From assembly GCA_051362555.1 (NCBI GenBank), contig CM120646.1, positions 186,001-250,000 of the forward strand: a DNA stretch of 64,000 nt, written 5' to 3'. Origin of the DNA: Lingula anatina. Taxonomy: Eukaryota > Animalia > Brachiopoda. This document shows, in pieces, positions 45,540 through 58,269 of this stretch. The translations under genes and the position numbers were made by a program. Position 1 is the stretch's first letter; each line of letters opens with the position of its first letter. The notes under the pieces were generated by a model. That model did not search any database. It was not told the origin of the DNA and saw nothing but the letters and a program-made list of their open reading frames with translations.

Positions 45540-48500
45540 GTGAGTATTTCACTGTGTTGTTTCATACAATACCGATCTTTATGGCCCAATTGATCGCAAT
45601 CACTTTGCTGTGTTTAATTGACCGGCCGGTATTTCGGCGGCTCACAATACCTTTTGTTCCATAATGTCAATTTTCATCAATTTCAGCCAGGGATTAAAAC
45701 GGCTTCGGGTTACTCGTTTTGTTGTTGTTACTAGATCTAACTTTAAGAAGTGTGACAGCGCAAAGAACTTTACCTAAGTTTTTATTTGTAAACGGTGTTG
45801 TGGTCAAGTTGATAAGCTGACAAAGTTCTGCATTTCTAAAAATATATTCTGACAGCTGGTTGTGGAAACACAGTGGACTGTTTCCAGTATTGCTTTTTTA
45901 TTTTAATTAAAAACTGTGCTGTTTTAATTAAGACAGTCATTCATTCATTAATGACAACAATAATCATTATCAGCTCAGTAAGATCAAGTGATCTGACAGT
46001 TTCATAGCCTGTTACAGAAGTCCCCAGCAAAGCCAGTGTCAGCTTATTACTTACTCCATTAAATTGTTGGTGATATTTAAACTGCATCGCTGAAGCAAGG
46101 CCAAGACCGGAAATTTTTTGTGTTTACCCACTTTCACTTCTCTTGTTGAAACTTTTTGTTTGATACACAAAATACTGTAAAATAAAACAAACGAGACTGC
46201 CATAGTTATTATTATTAAAAAAAGAAAAAAAAAAACAGCTGGGATTTTTATTGACTAGGAACTAGGAACTACAAATGTCTGTGTACACTATGTATTTAAG
46301 GAGGTAATGTTACCTACACCCTCTGCTGATACTGATACTGAAAGTGTGGTAGACCATATTTGAGAATATAATCAGACCGTCTGTCTTCAGCAGCCACTTG
46401 CTATACACTTCAGTGAAGAGGTTAGTGTACTTGTAGCTTGGTAATCATAGATAACCCTGACACTGGCTTCCTCAGGTGGGAGCTGATGAGATGAATTACT
46501 GGCAGGAAGTCGGGATGTCAGAAAGGATTAAAACTATAGAGAGCTTTATATATCATTCAATGCTAGATGCATAGGTGTTTATTAAATAAAATATGTGACA
46601 GATATTTACTGATGTTATATCATGATTATTGCAGTATTTAAAGGCAAGCATGATTACTTTATGAATAATATACAGTCATTGCTGTTTCTGTCAATATATT
46701 CAGGTAGATTAAGGTGGCAGTTTTCTTCTAATTAGTATATGTTGGATCAAAGCACAAGAGAATAGTTTGATGATTTTTCCACTGCTGGAAAATAATACAT
46801 AATTATATTATTATTATTATTTTCAATTTGGTTTTTAATGATGTGATTTTAGTTGTCATTAAATAAAAGCTAGTCCTGTTCCTATAAAGAAGACAATGAA
46901 GGAAAAACATCCATATTTATTTGTTATTCCAAGTTATTAATGTGTCTGGTTATCGTAGGTAAAGTAATTACCATCCACACAGACATTAATTTCATTGTAA
47001 AGGTGCTGAGAACTAAGTCTCCTGTACTAATTAAACCACTTGAACACTTAGCAGGCTATTACCTGTGCTATTGCTACCTTGTTTTAAGCCTCAGTGTAAA
47101 CTAACCATTAGTTAACTAGTGCCCATTTAAAGAGGTCATTCCTGGAGACTGGCCAGTGCAGTGTCTGTGGTTCTGTTCATATCCTGAACCAACTTAAAGT
47201 TGAAGTGAAGTCATCAAGTGACATCACAAACAGTGGTGTCCCCAGGGTTTACAATACAGCTAGTCCAAAATGTGAACATGTAAGGAGTCCAACCCAAGCA
47301 AAACCCAGCCAACCAACCCAAAATGTATAAGCCATCTACTGGCTGTCTTTGGAAATACAAGCAGTTTTTTAGGCTAATGGCCGTCCAAATGACAGCTAGA
47401 CGGTTCTCTAGGGAAAGCTTTGATCAAAAATCTTCCAGACTGCTTTACTTAAGTATATGTATCTAGCACTAGGTGTAAATGTTACCCTGTTAGTATAATA
47501 TCTGGTTAGTGGTCAGTTATGGAGTTTTGTCAGTTATCAGTCTAGGGTAGACCCTAGCTTTAACAGGCCCAGGGATTTAATACTCAGTTAAGGAAGCTTA
47601 CCCCTTTCCTTTTCCCTTCCTTTCCCAAATTTTACAAGAACTAAATGCCCTGCAGTTGTGTTGTCATTTGTGATAATCGGACTGGGGGGGAAGTCGTACA
47701 CAGAGATTAAATTATTGTAACTTGACAATCAGATTTGTGTTAATCCCGCCCTGTAGAACACGGTGGTAGTCTGGTATCAAATCTATAGTAATATCATTGT
47801 GGTTACGGCTCCAATCTATAGTAATTGTATTGATATTTCATTGGAGAAGTTAGTACTGGATGGCAGCAGGATCCTCAGGTCATGCTCAGCCATATCCATG
47901 TGTAGGAAGAATTCTTTTTAATCTCCATGCCAGGAAAAGGTATTTTCAATACCCTTTGATAACAATCCATCATAATATTGTTGTTATTTGGTAAAAGTGC
48001 CCTGACTCTGTATACTGCAAGGCTTGGATTGACTAGTCGGCACTTTGACTTAGACCAAAGGGCAGAAAACATCAACTCAGCAAATAATATTAGAATATTG
48101 GTACATAAAGATCAATTGAATTGTACTTCTATGTTAGGGATGGCACAATTCTATTATATATGCCATAAAGAGATGATGGAGGCCTCCTTGATCTTCTCCT
48201 GCTTCCTGACAAACAATTGTGACTTGCCAAGTATCTTGGATGTCACCAAAGTTCACCACAGCCTTGAAACTAGCTGCTGTGCATGCATTGTATTCTCACC
48301 TGTTCTGTCAATGATTGACTTTGATTTAGGAAATTGGGTACACATTTGATTGCTTTTGCCCAATTGATAATTGGAATTGATTTGACAAACAGTAAAAAAG
48401 TGGGAAAACACTCTCAACCTAGATTTAACCACATGGACCCGGAGTTGCTGAGCTGAGAGAGCCACCGACTTGCATGACTGCCATAATGCTCCCTGTTCTC

Positions 48501-49632
48501 TCAACATAAATATCTTTTATGATGACTTTTAGTATTCCAAGGAAGTTTATTATCTTCCTGTGACTAGCAGTTCTAGGCGAGTAGTATCAGAGATAAAAGA
48601 GCTTTACATCTTAGAACATCGATTCTGAGAAATCTCTGGTGACTAGGGTTTATAATGGTACAGCTGTGGTCGGAAAATTAGAAATATAAAATATATAGTT
48701 GTGCTAGTGGACCCCTCTCTATACAGTAACCCTGAGTGTGAAGCTCAGTTTACTGGCAGCGGAGGAGAATCACCTCAGTAATCTGAACCTCAAGGGGATT
48801 GAAGTCTTCTCTTATTTAAACAAAATAGTTGTAATTGATTGATCTGTGATTGTCATTCCAAATGTAAAGGAGTAATTATTTAATGACATTCTTTAATTTT
48901 TGATAAACCGCCAGTCTTGAATTAGATCTGAGTATATAGCAAAGGCAAACTTTTACTTAAAATTATGTCCATCAGAATCAAGTTATCTTATCAAGAAAAT
49001 TTAACTACAGTAACTTTTGAATAAAAAATAATGCATTATTGAAAAGTAAAATAAGCAAATTAAAATAGATCAACAAACAAACATCTCAGCTTTCCAGTTG
49101 GAAATCCAGTTTTAAATAACAAGGACAGCAGTTATTTTTGTCCTTCCCATCTGAGGACAATTTGATTACTGAGGAAATGAGAACTAATTGAGCTCAGTTT
49201 GAAGATCCTACTGAATACGAACTGTGTGGCTTGAATGTAAAACACACCAAGTGATTCAGTATAGATAGCAATGACTCTGGATTCTGTTTGTGATCAGAAT
49301 TATGTCTGCAGAGGGCAATGATACCACTGGCTGGTCCTGGTCTGTATGTGAGACATCTAACTCAAACTTGAAAACTTCTGCTTTTATTAGAATTTTTTCT
49401 GTTACTTAAAATATGTCTGTTGTAGAATTAAAGAAAGTAATTATTCTTGTTTTACAACAAACACATATGCAATAGATATGCACACACACAATACATACAC
49501 ATACACACACAATTGCATGCACACACACACAGATACACGCATGTGCACACTCAGTAATATCTGCACTAACGCAAACAGATCCTGCCCTAGCTTTACTAAA
49601 ACACCTCTTTCTTTAGGCTCAGTGGAATCTTT

Positions 49633-49890
49633 GGCTTCGTTCACATGGAATGTCTATTTTCTAAAAATCTATTTTCTATTCGCGCTTTCTTATGATCACG
49701 GTCTGTGCCCTGAATATCCCGCGGCGTAATTACTGGCAACGCGAGCCAGTTACTTACAGTAACCTATAGTAACTGGCTCATGCTGCCAGTAATTACGCAG
49801 TGGGATATTCAGGGCACAGACCGTGATCATAAGACATACCGCGAATAGAAAATAGAATTTAGAAAATAGACATTGCATGTGAATGAAGCC
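49633..49890. mobile_element. Palindromic Harbinger-like MITE (258 bp)
   Basis: ggcttcgttcacatg...catgtgaatgaagcc; the arms pair over about 120 bp; 3-bp flanks ttt/ttt. Confidence 0.8.
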
Positions 49891-50450
49891 TTTGTCTGTG
49901 TTAGGTCATTGTCTTTTTTAAAGCAGCCTCTTTTAACTGCAGCTCCTCTGTTTTCTGGGAGCCTTGATTTCTGGGAATAAAGTGGCAATACTTGGCTGTG
50001 AAGTGATGAGAAGTGACACTTAGTTACAGATGATATTTAAGTAATTACATGGCTCATTACCCTAATTTTACAACCTGACAGATGATTGGACGGGTCTGAT
50101 AGCACATCCTACTAGGATCACTTAATTGCTGGAGACTTGAAAGGCAACCAGAGTTTTAGATTTGTTCTCTGAAATATTAGGATATGCTGGCTATTTATTA
50201 TGATTGAATATGACACAAACAAAAGTTGGATAATACACTGTTGAATTAAAAAAAGTAATTCATGCCAATTTAATTCCTTTTGTGATGATTACAAGAGGAA
50301 TGAAAAGACAATTAAGAAAGCCACTTAAAATTGCATCAGAAATCAAGTTAAATTATTTTAATAGACTATATGTAAGTACAAGACCAGTTAAAAATGCAGA
50401 AGGAATACATCAGTTTTATGATATAAACCAGCTGTTTTAATATGTGGTGC

Positions 50451-51149
50451 GACTCAGGGTGACAGTGAGTATTTGCTAGGTAGAGAAGAGTTATCTAGTA
50501 TTATGAGACTCAGGGTGACAGTGAGTATTAACTGGGTAGAGAAGAGTTATCTAGTATTATGAGACTCAGGGTGACAGTGAGTATTTGCTAAGTAGAGAAG
50601 AGTTATCTAGTATTATGAGACTCAGGGTAACAGTGAGTATTTGCTAGGTAGAGAAGAGTTATCTAGTATTATGAGACTCAGGGTGACAGTGAGTATTTGC
50701 TGGGTAGAGAAGAGTTATCTAGTATTATGAGATGCAGGGTGACAGTGAATATTTGCTGGGTAGAGAAGAGTTATCTAGTATTATGAGACTCAGGGTGACA
50801 ATGAGTATTTGATGGGAAGAGAAAAGTTATCTAGTATCATGAGACTCAGGGTGACAGTGAGTATTTGATGGGTAGAGAAGAGTTATCTAGTATTATGAGA
50901 TTCAGGGTGACAGTGAGTATTTGCTGGGTAGAGAAGAATTATCTAGTATTATGAGACAGTATTTGCTGGGTAGAGAAGAGTTATCTAGTATTATGAGACT
51001 CAGGGTGACAGTGAGTATTTGATGGGAAGAGAAGAGTTATCTAGTATTATGAGACTCAGGGTGACAGTGAGTATTTGATGGGAAGAGAAGAGTTATCTAG
51101 TATTATGAGACTCAGGGTGACAGTGAGTATTTGCTGGTTAGAGAAGAGT
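50451..51149. repeat. 56-bp minisatellite, about 12 copies
   Basis: Unit gagactcagggtgacagtgagtatttgctgggtagagaagagttatctagtattat. Confidence 0.95.
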
Positions 51150-51896
51150 CATTTCAGGGTGATGGAAGGAGACTTTGCTTAGAATTTTCCATATGAAAAT
51201 GGCAGAAGATTGTTGATACATATTATACCAATTCATTGCATGTATGATAGACTGTTTTATTGTTATAATGGAGGGATAGGTAAAGATGATTAAATAGTGC
51301 CATTTAACAGTTGATGTCATTTGATAAAATAAATTTTTAACTAATAATAAGATGTGTTTGTTTTTTAGGAAGGGTGTTGTTTTAGTGTGTAGTTGTTAGT
51401 TCATTTGATGAAAGAATTGAATGGTCATTTCATGTTTGATAGGGGTTGCTTGTATTTTCATGTTTGTATTAGTCTTGGAAAAATAAAAAAGGAACAGTAC
51501 ATTGTTCACACAGATTAACTTCTTTGTAAAAATTCCATTTTTTCGCCCACTGGCTTCAGCTCTATAAATATGTACATACAGGAGTCGAAGCATGAAGTGT
51601 GAAGAGCTTGCTATCTTCAGCAACTGGTGATTAATTTTTAAGCACTATATATTGGTTGTATGAATATTGGATTACCAGTAGAATAGAGATATAGGAGTAA
51701 TTTAAATAAGAGCAAAATGAAGCATCGGTCTCAAGTCAAAAGACAAAAAATTGAGGTAATAAATATTGAATCTTTTATGATTAATGTTGGCAGATAAAGT
51801 GAATGTTGAATGGGGAGCTCGTACTACCAGATTCAGATATTAAATTAGCAGAAGATAGGAGGCCACTTGTCTTGTAGCACTTGTAAACTAGGTTTA

Positions 51897-52111
51897 GGCT
51901 CTATTCCCATAGATTTTAGATCGATCTATCCCCGCGGGGAGTCTCACTAGATTACTTTCAGATAATCCGACTTAAATGTCCGTCCCGCCTACTACAAGCT
52001 GTAAGGGGGTAATTAACTTTCGTGTCCGCCCGGCTGACAGCTATTTAGCGTGAACCCCCAGGGAGTTAGGTCGATCTAAAGTAGGTCGATCTAATCTATG
52101 GAAATGGGGTG
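51897..52111 (+). mobile_element. PIF/Harbinger-like MITE, copy 4
   Basis: Near-identical to 11255-11469; TTA TSD on both sides. Confidence 0.85.
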
Positions 52112-53604
52112 TTAGAGGCATTTTATTAGTCTGAGTAACACTTAACTGAAGATGTACATATTTCTGCTGCTGACAACAGATTTGTCATCCAAGTGATAAC
52201 AGATTTTCTGAAGTTTATTATTAAGTTATCACAGATAAACTTCATACAAAAAACCAAGCAAATTAGAAAACTTTGATATATTTATTAACAGATATAATTC
52301 TGGTGTGTGAAATTGCACTATGAGTTAAATACTTAATTATCATTTTGATTCCTGACATGACAATCTAAAAAAAAAACCAAGTCATGCAATATAAACAGTG
52401 AAAAAGGTTTTTCTTGTCTCATGTAATGATGAAGGAATGAAACATCCTGTCTTGTACTAGGAGGTAGAAAAACATCTTTAAAGTCTCCGACTGTCTTCAG
52501 AAATGATTTATTTTGTATCATGAACCCTGTAGTATGAGGAGGATTGTTTTAATTGTTATGGTTGTATCTAAAGTACGATGGGCCAGGAACTCCCACGGCT
52601 GTCTCCCTGCTATTGATTGGCAGTAAAAATAAAGATGAATTGTGCCTGTGACTAGGAAAAACTTTTACAACATACGTCTGCTGTCCACCGTCAACGAGGG
52701 AGAACTTTATAAAACTTTCAACTACAAGACAATGATTGGGTATTTCTACTATGGAAGATGCTTTATTTGGGACACTTGTAACCTTTACATATTGGGCCGA
52801 CTATATGGCCATTTTAAGACTTTTTAACCTTTGTTATGATAGACAGTGTACAGTGTATATACCCCCCCCCCCCCCCCCCCGGCCACACTTCATTCCCACC
52901 CTCACCCTCACCCCACCTTATACACCCCCTTCCCCACTGCCACCCTCACCCTCACCCAATGCACATACCCACACCCTCACCCCCCCTTCAGTCCCCCTCA
53001 CATCCTCACCCTGCCCCAACTACCTACCTAGCCGTGAACTATACAATACAACTGACTGTCGGTTTTCATATGTTTTTTATTATTATATTTTTTCACAAGA
53101 CAATTTGCTTGAGTGATTATTGCAACTAAGACATAAAAAATTCAACAAGCTAAATAGCATTCTGACAAGAAAATGGAAAACATTCGTAGTATTTTTTATT
53201 TACTTTATCATTGATTTCTATACATCACTTGCTAAAGCAGATGCATGGCCCAAAATTGAAAGATAAAAAAAAATCAAACAATTTCAAGAAAATATATATG
53301 CACAATAACCCTTCAATTAATCAAAACTGGAAATAAAATATCTTGTCTAGTCAATATGACATCTTCCATGTTGCCACCCAGGTTAACATTATTTTATTGT
53401 TTTATCCATCTCCATTTCTGTAATTTCTTCCCGTCACAAACCATCGAAGCATGTACTAGTAGCTTTAGCAGTCATTTTGATACAAAAATGCGAGCACTTA
53501 AAAAAAAGTAAATTGCTGAGGGAGTTTACTTTAAGGACCATAATGGCCTGAGGGTATCACGTGACTTGATATTTTTATAGCTCTGCCAATATTGATATTA
53601 ATAA

Positions 53605-54156
53605 CAGAGGTCATCATGTCCATATTGTCCCAAGCTACTGACTAGGTACAGCAGAGGTTATCATGTCCATATTGTCCCAAGCTACTGACTAGGTACAGCA
53701 GAGGTCATCATGTCCATATTGTCCCAAGCTACTGACTAGGTACAGCAGAGGTCATCATGTCCATATTGTCCCAAGCTACTGACTAGGTACAGCAGAGGTC
53801 ATCATGTCCATATTGTCCCAAGCTACTGACTAGGCAGAGCAGAGGTCATCATGTCCATACTGTCCCAAGCTACTGACTAGGTACAACAGAGGTCATCATG
53901 TCCATACTGTCCCAAGCTACTGACTAGGTAGAGCAGAGGTCATCATGTTCATACTGTCCCAAGCTACTGACTAGGTAGAGCAGAGGTTATCATGTCCATA
54001 TTGTCCCAAGCTACTGACTAGGTACAGCAGAGGTTATCATGTCCATGTTGTCCCAAGCCACTGACTAGGTACAGCAGAGGTCATCATGTTCATACTGTCC
54101 CAAGCTACTGACTAGGTACAGCAGAGGTCATCATGTCTATATTGTCCCAAGCTACT
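53605..54156. repeat. 47-bp minisatellite, about 12 copies
   Basis: Unit cagaggtcatcatgtccatattgtcccaagctactgactaggtacag. Confidence 0.95.
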
Positions 54157-54485
54157 TTTCTAATGTGAACGGACAGTGTAGCCCTTGCCGCGGTCGAAAT
54201 AAACCCAGATCGGCAGGTGGGTATAATCGGAATAAACTCCTGACTGCGGCCAATACCGGATGTCTACATATGAAGTGCATGCGCACAAGTGCATCATCAT
54301 TTGAGCTCCCGCATGTTTCACAGATTCTAATAAGAGCACATGCTTAACAGGAGGTACACTTGCTGAGATTCTACCACTACTGATAGCTGCCGGTATCAGT
54401 GTGAACGCGGTTTGGACGCGGTTTGGTTGACCGCGGTTTAATTGGAGTAAACTCGACCGCGGTTAACGTTCTAATGTGAATGGGC
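54157..54485. mobile_element. Truncated Harbinger-like element (one end)
   Basis: CpG-rich segment with repeated tgtgaacg and cgcggtt motifs, ending ...aatgtgaatgggc|tat; the other end is not visible. Confidence 0.5.
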
Positions 54486-56442
54486 TATTAGTTTTCCTAG
54501 TTAGAGTATTTTTTTTTTTCTGATAGTTTAGACTGTAGTATGTAAAGACAGTGAATGTTTTGCTTTTGGTCATCAAGCTCTGTTGATGTTACATGTTTTT
54601 TCCCCCTATGGCAGTGATATATTTCCAGACTGTGTTTATCTGAGAATGTCTGAGCAATGTATTTCTTATGTCCACCCTGGGGACATGACAAAAGCAGACA
54701 AAATACATTTCATTCTTCAGTTCAGTTGTCTACAGTTATAAGCTATGCTAGGATGGTCTGGCTGATCAGTGTAGAGACTTGATGTGCCCAGCACCGTGTG
54801 AAAGCCAGGTTTAAACTTATTATCCCTTAATGTAGAAAAAATGTGAAAAATACTGTTTTTGAACATGCACAAGTTAAGTTAGAGGCTATATAACTAGTGC
54901 AGAATTCTTCTTCTTTAGAACCGTGTTGATGTCCCTGCTCGCCTGGAAATTTAATTACATGCCATTTATTTCCCATTCCATATTTCATTTGGCATCCTTA
55001 TCCTTGTGTTCATAATATCTACTGATCATTATAATTGTAATATGACGTGTGTATTATTGGATCGTGTTCAGGAATACATATGCTGGAACCCTGCACAGTT
55101 CTGCAAGTTAACTTTGCTAGTTTACACTAATGCAATTGGATATCAAATTTACAGATGGCTAAATGAGATGACATTAAAATAAGAAAATACATATTTTGTT
55201 TGTTTTACATACACATTTTAACAGTTTTAGACTTCCATTGAGCAGAAAGCTATAAAGAAGATTTTTAATATCACAAGGCTGCATTTAGTTCTTTCACAGG
55301 GCATCCAGTCATCCCTTGCTTTATAAACATGACAGCTACCTGTAAAACTACGTAGTAAAGTGTGTGTAAACTTTCCTTGTGTTCTCACCTTCCTATTGAA
55401 CATGTTCTTTGCTTTCCCTGCTTTATAATATTTCTAACTGTACTACCAAATTAATTTGCAATCATCACGCGGTAATCACAGCCTGCTTAATGAATTATGC
55501 AACAGTTAATAATCTGCCATCAATCAAATGTCGTTCACTGAATGAAAAACTTGATAACTGCAGGCAGAGGTGGGCTGCTATCAAAACTGCCCAGTTTAGC
55601 ACCAATTACCATTAGATTTATGAAAAATTATTGGTTTTCAATTAGGCTATTCAAAGCAATTGGGAAATTGATTCCCAGAACCAGAGAAGATGAATAAAAG
55701 TGTGATTGTGACTTTGTCGAGGTCTGTTTTCAGAGGCTGAAATAAAAGTGCCCCAAAAGATAAGAGCCAACAGAATTTTTTTCTGGATGTTTTAGATGTG
55801 GTCTACTACTGGACAAATAAAAATGCTAAAAGATTATCGGTAGAATAAATCAAAGGAAGAATTTACAACAGACTCGCTTGAGTTTAAAGTTTTTTTTAAT
55901 GTTCATTTTTTTTTTGTCAATCCTGTCCATAATGATTCCAGTTACAGTATAGTTTTTACTCCAGAATTACATTCACCTGACTTATTTGAAATACTTGATT
56001 GATTTTGAAGACTTATCATTTCAAGTTACTGTCAAAATTTATTTTCTGATATAAAAACAAAGAGATTTTCAGATTTTTCAACATTACTTCATATAATACT
56101 TACGCAACATAACATAGGAAAATATAATCCACCACTTCTGAGCAAACATACATAATTGTGAAATATTTCTTTATTTAAGCCACGTGTCTGACTTAAACAG
56201 TCTTATAATTAACTATGTATGACATTATTTGCACATTCCCAGTTGTAGTTCTCCTTAATTAAAAAGCTTCACAATGATCTACTGCCTGGTATTGCACTGT
56301 CGACATTTGATGAACAACTTTCATTAATTTTTAATCACTGAAATATTGTGTTTTAATGAGTCGTCAATCAACGGAATGATGTAATAGTGGTCTCCAGATG
56401 TGAATTCTCTTGGCTCAGAGATTTTGTAACTAACTCTCTCTC

Positions 56443-56479
<37 letters not shown>

Positions 56480-57476
56480 TCACTTTTCATAAAAAGGGGA
56501 TCAAGTTGGTGTAATAGTGATTGGGGTGATATCATCTAAATAACGGCGCATGTTATAACACCTTGATAGCATCTAGTTTGTCATGTATTGGTGTGTGTGT
56601 GTGTGTCTTGTGTATGTGAGTGAAAGAGAGAGAGAGAGAGGAAGAAGAGAAAACAAAAAAAAAGTACTTAGTTTTGAACATTAATCCAAACTCTCACCCC
56701 AGCTTAGATTGTATTATGGATTAGCGTGATGTTCTTGTCTTGAGTTATTGATCAAGGAAATGATGTTACTGTGCTGGAAGTCCATGTACTGGTTTGTCTT
56801 CTTGGCTGACTGACTTTATATTACAGGTCAAGTCATGGCTCATTATTTCCCCATACTTAACATGCTAAACTGTCTTGTTATTGCTGCCTGTTTTTCCAAG
56901 TCCTGGATCCATGATAGATTGGATGACACTGAAGTCCCGACCAGCTGATTATCTCTTGAAGGAGGCAGAATTATGAAGTTTTTTTTTTTTTTTTTTGGGG
57001 GGGGGGGGGGGGGGGGCAAACAAGAAAGAGGTTAAGTTTTAAAGTGTAGCAAGGCAAGTTATGTCCAAAATTAGGTTTGAAACTCTCTTTCTGACAGAAC
57101 TTGTATTGGAGAGAGAAATAAAACAAAAACATATGAATTCTTATAAAACATTATTTTCTTGTCATGATTTTTTTTACTCTGACCAGATGAGAGTAAGCCT
57201 GAAGGCAGGTGTAAAAAGAGACAGAATAATTAGAACAACTTGGTGAAGTGGACAGTACTTTTTGGGGCAGTTGCTGTTCGGTGGCAAAGATGAAGTGATG
57301 AATTACATTTTCTTTCTCTTTATCTATTAAGTTGAATTATGATTGATAAGAAATAACAAATAAACATTTTTGTGTTTGTTTACTCTTTGAGGTAAACAAC
57401 AATTGTACTCTGCAGGTTTTCTAACTCATAGGGCACAAGTTCATGGATGAATTTAACCATTATAGCTTTCATTTCA

Positions 57477-58031
57477 ACAGTGTGTAAATGTGCCTCATAT
57501 CATGATAGGGAACAGACAGTAGAGAACAAGTCTTGTCACAGTGTGTAAATGTGCCTCATATCATGATAGGGAACAGACAGTAGAGAACAAGTCTTGTCAC
57601 AGTGTGTAAATGTGCCTCATAGCATGATAGGGAACAGACAGTAGAGAACAAGTCTTGTCACAGTGTGTAAATGTGCCATATATCATGATAGGGAACAGAC
57701 AGTAGAGAACAAGTCTTGTCACAGTGTGTAAATGTGCCTCATATCATGATAGGGAACAGACAGTAGAGAACAAGTCTTGTCACAGTGTGTAAATGTGCCT
57801 CATATCATGATAGGGAACAGACAGTAGAGAACAAGTCTTGTCACAGTGTGTAAATGTGCCTCATATCATGATAGGGAACAGACAGTAGAGAACAAGTCTT
57901 GTCACAATGTGTAAATGTGCCTCATATCATGATAGGGAACAGACAGTAGAGAACAAGTCTTGTCACAGTGTGTAAATGTGCCTCATATCATGATAGGGAA
58001 CAGACAGTAAAGTAGAGAACAAGTCTTGTCA
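57477..58031. repeat. 61-bp minisatellite x9
   Basis: Unit cagtgtgtaaatgtgcctcatatcatgatagggaacagacagtagagaacaagtcttgtca. Confidence 0.95.
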
Positions 58032-58139
58032 ATAGAAAGTGGTCACAAAAACTTTTATCACCATCTGAGCACATATGTCATAGTTATCAAGTAAACCATT
58101 GTGAATCCCTGTCCTTAGACATATTCTTTTCCCCCTTTT

Positions 58140-58269
58140 TGCAGAGAATAGCCGCCCCTCCCCCCCCCCCCCCCCCCCCTTTGAGTAAAGTTTTATTTAG
58201 GTTTCATGGTAAAGGTCCACTTTTTCAGAAAAAGACCCCCCCTTTTTGAAATTGCTGACTGTGGGCCTG
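58140..58269 (-). mobile_element. Fragment of the MITE family seen at 20424-20582
   Basis: ggtttcatggtaaaggtccacttttt...gaaattgctgactgtgggcctg matches the reverse complement of the left half of 20424-20582. Confidence 0.65.

Noticed and set aside
52736-53129. Proline-rich ORFs / C-rich tract
   Set aside because: Low-complexity poly-C/CACCCT sequence with no splice support.
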